A stretch of DNA of 64,000 nucleotides from Marsupella aquatica (Eukaryota > Plantae > Marchantiophyta): assembly GCA_973895155.1 (NCBI GenBank), contig OZ316893.1, forward strand, positions 18,976,857 to 19,040,856. The letters are read 5' to 3'. The notes under the pieces are model-generated. The model was not told the DNA's origin. It saw nothing but the letters and a program-made list of their open reading frames with translations, and did no database searches. Position 1 is the stretch's first letter, and each line of letters starts with the position of its first letter. This document shows, one piece after another, positions 59,239 through 64,000 of the stretch. A program made the position numbers and the translations under genes.

Positions 59239-62200
59239 ACTTTTGTCAATTTATTTGAGGCACTTAGAAGTCTCAAAAAAGTTTGAAACTCATATAGATT
59301 ATACGTAGTAGAGTACCCTAGAAAAGTTTTGTTTCATTCAAACAATTAGTTTAGAAGTTAAAATTAGGATAAGATCACTGTTTATTACTGCAAACACTGA
59401 TTCTTTGCAAAGCGTCCGACCCAAATCTTGACGCTTCTTGAAGCGTCCGCTACATTTTTTATGCTTTTGAGACATCCATTTCCAGCACTTTACTTTTTCC
59501 ATCTCTTCTAAGATTATCTTTTAGATATTCAAGGTTTGAAAAGTCATGTTTCTTCAGTTCCTTTTTGTGTTAGAATTCTCCACCTATAAGATCCATTTGT
59601 TTACCAGTTCCAGGGGGGACAAAACTTTATTCAATAATCAAAATTTTGGATAGTTTTCCACCTTCCATTTTAACAAGAAGGTCTAAGTGTATGGAAGTAA
59701 ATCATGTGTTATGATGTGTGAATGAATTCAGGAGATTCCTTTTGGTGACTAAATTTTAATCACAAGCTTTTGAGATTCCCATCGAATTCAGTGTTAGGCT
59801 TGCTTGCTGTGTCAAGAATCACTAGCTAATTTGAGGATAGATGTTTGCATTAAAAGAGCAAAATTCCATCTTCACAGTATCATAGTACCATTGTTTTACT
59901 TTGGTATATGTATTAGAGTTTGATTTGAATTGCGTATCGCTGATAATCAAACCATGTTGACGGCATTTTAATATATATCTTAGTAAAACCAACCAGAAAT
60001 GTATTGTGAATTTGGTGAGCAAAAGAAACCTTTATTTCACATCTTATGATTCCAAAAGGAAAGAGAGAGTCTGGTTTGATAATTTTAATCCTGCCTATAC
60101 TAAGACCATAGTCCTTTCTAAACGAGTCGCAATAGCAAATTGAAACAAATCTATTTGCAGAATAGACTTCCTTTTGATTTCATAACTCAAAAATTATCTT
60201 TTCCCTATGTTTTTGTTAATTTTATCTTTATTTGAGATTGATAGTTTTAGAGCAAGAGCTCTAAGCTACTCAAATATGTTAATTCAGTCAATCTATTTCC
60301 AACTTGTTCTTTAAGGGACCAAATTCTGAGTTTATAAAAATATTTGTTACTTTGTGTTCTTTCGGCCATACGACAACATAGGTTTGGATAGAACCTTTAA
60401 AGGGAAGAGTAAGAATTGTATGGAATGTGGAGTTTGCAATTGTGAACTGTTAAGAAAAACCCTACAATCTTAGAATGAAGAGTAATTTGCAAGTTATGTG
60501 GTAATAGGGAGGCCCAAAGTAGTGGGACATGAAAGAACCCGCTTTTGTTTGGTCCTTTAAATTCAAGTGCATTCCATTTGGGCTACAAAATGCACCAAGT
60601 GAATGCAAACACATGATTGAAAGATGGACGAGAGTTATTGAGAAAAAAAAATTAGAAATTGAGGAATGTACCACAATGGGTTTATAAATCCTCTTTGAAG
60701 AATTATTGATTGAAAGTTAGATGAGATTTAACCTTCAATCCAAGTGACAGGCAGGGCCTGCAACCAGTGAGAGTCGGACCAATGTCTCAAGTAATTGCAC
60801 AAGTTGACACTATCTGATTGTCAGAAAGGCCAGGTAGCAAGTGAAAAGTGCACAAGAAATCAATTGAATTGAGGCGGTACAATGTCTAATTGATACGAGA
60901 AAGGACATTAATGAAAATTGAAGTTATGTTGGATAATTAATTAAAGGATTTGACTAATAGTCAACTTCAAGGGTTAACACTCATTTTAGTAGCAGTTGGG
61001 CTTTGCTTGTCGCCTTGTGCATTTTGTATCTCTAGAAAGATACAAAATTGCATGGCAAGTTTTTAGTTGCCTTTCAATTTGATGATCATTGATTACACCA
61101 ATAGAACAATGTTCAGTTGAGTCCGGATCCACATTTCTTTGAGAATTACTTTGGGATTGGACATGGTGGCCTAGTTTTGGAATTGCTAGTGCCAGATTCA
61201 AAATTGTGTGAAGCTCTTTTGGATCTGGCATGGTGGCTCCGGTTTGGGATTCCAACTCGCTTCTTTCGTCGATGGCGTGCCATTTGGAAGCATTCAAATT
61301 TTTGAGGGCTGCGTCTTTGGTTGGCATCGGGATTACTTGTTTTGAGAATTGTAGTGTTCTCGTTGACAAAACATTGGGTCCGGTATGACATGCATCTTAA
61401 TTGGGTAAGGTGGCTCTGTTCGGGAATTACCTATGTGCTCCAACATGCATCAGCTGGAGCATTCAAATCTCTCGCACACGGTACCATTTGACAATAGTAT
61501 GGAAGTTGTTTAGGATTTGAAAGATTGGCAGAACTCCCCCGTGATATCTCTGCTATAGAAACTCTCAGGTTGGTGACATTTACATGCATGCTTTTCTTAT
61601 TGTAATAACCACCCTCACTACATTTGAAGAGGATATTCACGTCGGATCTGTAATCAGGGTTGTTTTAGGTTTTTGTATATGTAGAAAGAGCCTCGTTCTT
61701 GTGCTCACACTAGTGGAAATCAAGCAGGAATAAGGATGATTGAGAAGTTCTTTGGAAGACATGAATGCGAGGGTTATATATTTGATTGGGAAATGGTCGA
61801 TCCAATGTGTTTTGGGTGCTGTTACTCACAAGGGTACAGCCATCCGCAGAACATAATAACAAGGGATGAACAGAGATCCATATGCTCAATCACATCGCTT
61901 ATCAGATTGCGCTAGTTTTGTATAGTTGGCTGTAGAAGGCTGCCAATCTGATGATCTAATTGCTTGGATCAATCACTCAACGGGTCAAGAAACTTTCACT
62001 TTCTGGATATGCTCAGGAGCGATGTTGAACACCAAACGGCAAAGTCCTTGTGTGCGACAACTGATTTGGCCTCCTATGTCAATTGCTACACTTTGGTTGA
62101 CTATGTCAATGACTAAAATATGCCAAAGGATAAGGCAATTTTGGTTGCGTTACTTCTTGAGTTCAGAGAACATGTCGATTAGGCTATTCATGCAGCCCAG

Positions 62201-64000
62201 CCCAACACACGCACAAACCCCCATGTCGATTTTGTGTGTTTTTCCAAGCCCAACACACTCACAAATGTTCATGGCTATGGCAACGTGTTTTGTAGCCCCT
62301 AAACTCACGAACCATGATGCCTACGCATTCACGTGAACAAACGACTGACGGGAAGTCCAACACACTTTTTGGACCACTACTGACCCAAATACTATTGCGG
62401 AGGGCTGGGGCTACGGGCTCTGGCAGGGACACAGAGCCTTGGCTGCGTAGGTCTGGAAGAATGAGCCTAGACCGGAGCTTGGCGCTAGCACTATTTACAT
62501 GGACAGTGGCGGTTTAAGTACAATAGCAATGTGTCTGTCCAAGAAAGAAGGAACAACAATGATTTCCTTGGCCAACTAAACAGTGGCAGTTTAGAGTGAA
62601 ACTCATTATGCCTGTCCATGAAAAAAGGAACGACAATGACTTCCTTGGCCAACTAAGTTTTACACACCTCTTCGATGGACCAGAGCCACCAAAAGTGACC
62701 AAATTTGAAATCACATGCATCCCCAAACTTGAGGATCATGTCCATTCAATGAACACCATAGATAGCAGTGACAAAGTTCACTAATACAAGAATGTCTTAG
62801 GAGTTGTTTCTTAAGCGTTGTTTCTTAGGTTGGCATTACAAGACATTGAGGCACTGGGGCACAAAGGGCTGTGAGCAAGGTATTTCCACCACACAAGCAC
62901 AATCCATTATTGCCATTTGTGGTTTTTGTAAATAGACAATGCCCAGAAAAAGGTACCATTACACATTATCATGTTTGATAGTTTGATTTTTGTGTGTTGC
63001 TTGATTGTCATTGTGCCTATGATCTTGTTGGTGTGACAATACCCATCCATGGCACAAAATAGTTGAGATGAGGCAAAGTCCAAGTGGTGATGCAATTATT
63101 GCAGTCATGCGGTCATTGGTGCAACAATACTTGGACAGGAGAGACAAAACTGGTGTACTAGTGTTTTTGCCCTTGCCAAAAAAACCCATTTATCCCATTT
63201 TGTAATCAGACCATCCTGCCATTTTTTAGGGGATTATTTATTATAATGTTTGATTACCAGCCTTCTAATTCATTAATTTTTTCAAGGAGGTGAGTGGCAA
63301 TCTCTCCATCCCCAGGGATATAGGTTTCTTTATTGTTTTCTCTCAACCATCAGATCTCCGTCAGATCTTCATACATTTAGGAGATGTTGCTCTGCTAAGG
63401 AGGTAAGTAATTGGCAAAATAGGGGAAAAAATCTATCATCGATTTCTTTGTATTGGTCCCACGCTATTTTTCTGGTTTGACAAAAAATTACCTAAATAAA
63501 CAGCTGCTACCCTCAATACTGAAGCGCATTTTGTGCTCTTACTACTCCTCAATTACAATCCTGTGTTACCTTGTCATCAGAGGAGAATTTTGTTTGTCCT
63601 AAAGTATTACAAAATCAAAGTAAACGCCATTATTAGCCATGACAAAAACATGGTGCAACCTCCACTCAATCATTATTGGGAGAACCTTAAGGAGAGGGAA
63701 CGAAGACCTGGAAATAGTTTTTCATTTATTGATAGTTTTCTCTTTTCTTATAAGGGTTTTATTTCTTTCCATTTTAGTTTTTTGGGGGAGATTGGGAGAT
63801 ATAATTTGGGAGTTTGTTATTATATGTTTATGAGCCCTATGCCCGAGCTTTGCATGGTGCAATGATGGCTGGCCCACAGGGCCAGGGGGCTGAGACTCGG
63901 GGGGTTAACTAAGTGTATATTTTGGGGTACCACATGTGATCCTAGCCTAATATAAATAGACCTATTTTATAAAAAAAATATTCTCCATTTTCAATATTAA

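Noticed and set aside
59239-64000. Short ORFs at about 61.0-63.9 kb as a host gene
   Set aside because: No recognisable domain or consistent exon chain. Probably degenerate repeat or intergenic DNA.

Overview
This is eukaryotic, plant-type, transposon-dense DNA with no intact host gene that I can recognise. A non-seed land plant is plausible but cannot be shown from the sequence. From 1 to 9.3 kb there is a decayed minus-strand Ty3/gypsy (Tat-like) element. It has a 3.6-kb LTR that appears to carry a long ORF, a tRNA-Asn PBS, and a gag broken by three nested insertions. From 9.3 to 16.7 kb is mostly unassigned degenerate DNA, with an RPA70-C-like ORF and a second copy of a 1.5-kb hairpin-ended element. 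From 16753 to 59238 is a full-length but decayed Ty1/copia element (334-bp LTRs, iMet PBS, PPT, near-perfect 5-bp TSD). Inserted into it are two ~16.4-kb CACTA elements in opposite orientation (18813-35364 with TSD TAT; 40524-56885 with TSD GGA), a TA-flanked MITE and a gypsy-type LTR fragment. The main finding is that both CACTA copies carry, upstream of TnpD/TnpA and on the same strand, a cassette of compact uninterrupted ORFs. These are an EDM2-like composite PHD finger, a tandem BRCT protein (Pol-lambda-like by my recollection), an F-box protein and a small Cys/His-rich ORF. The first three are open in both copies, while the transposase genes are disrupted in both. This is a candidate transposon-encoded anti-silencing and repair-modulating module. 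All protein assignments are by-eye motif recognition and need HMM or structure confirmation.
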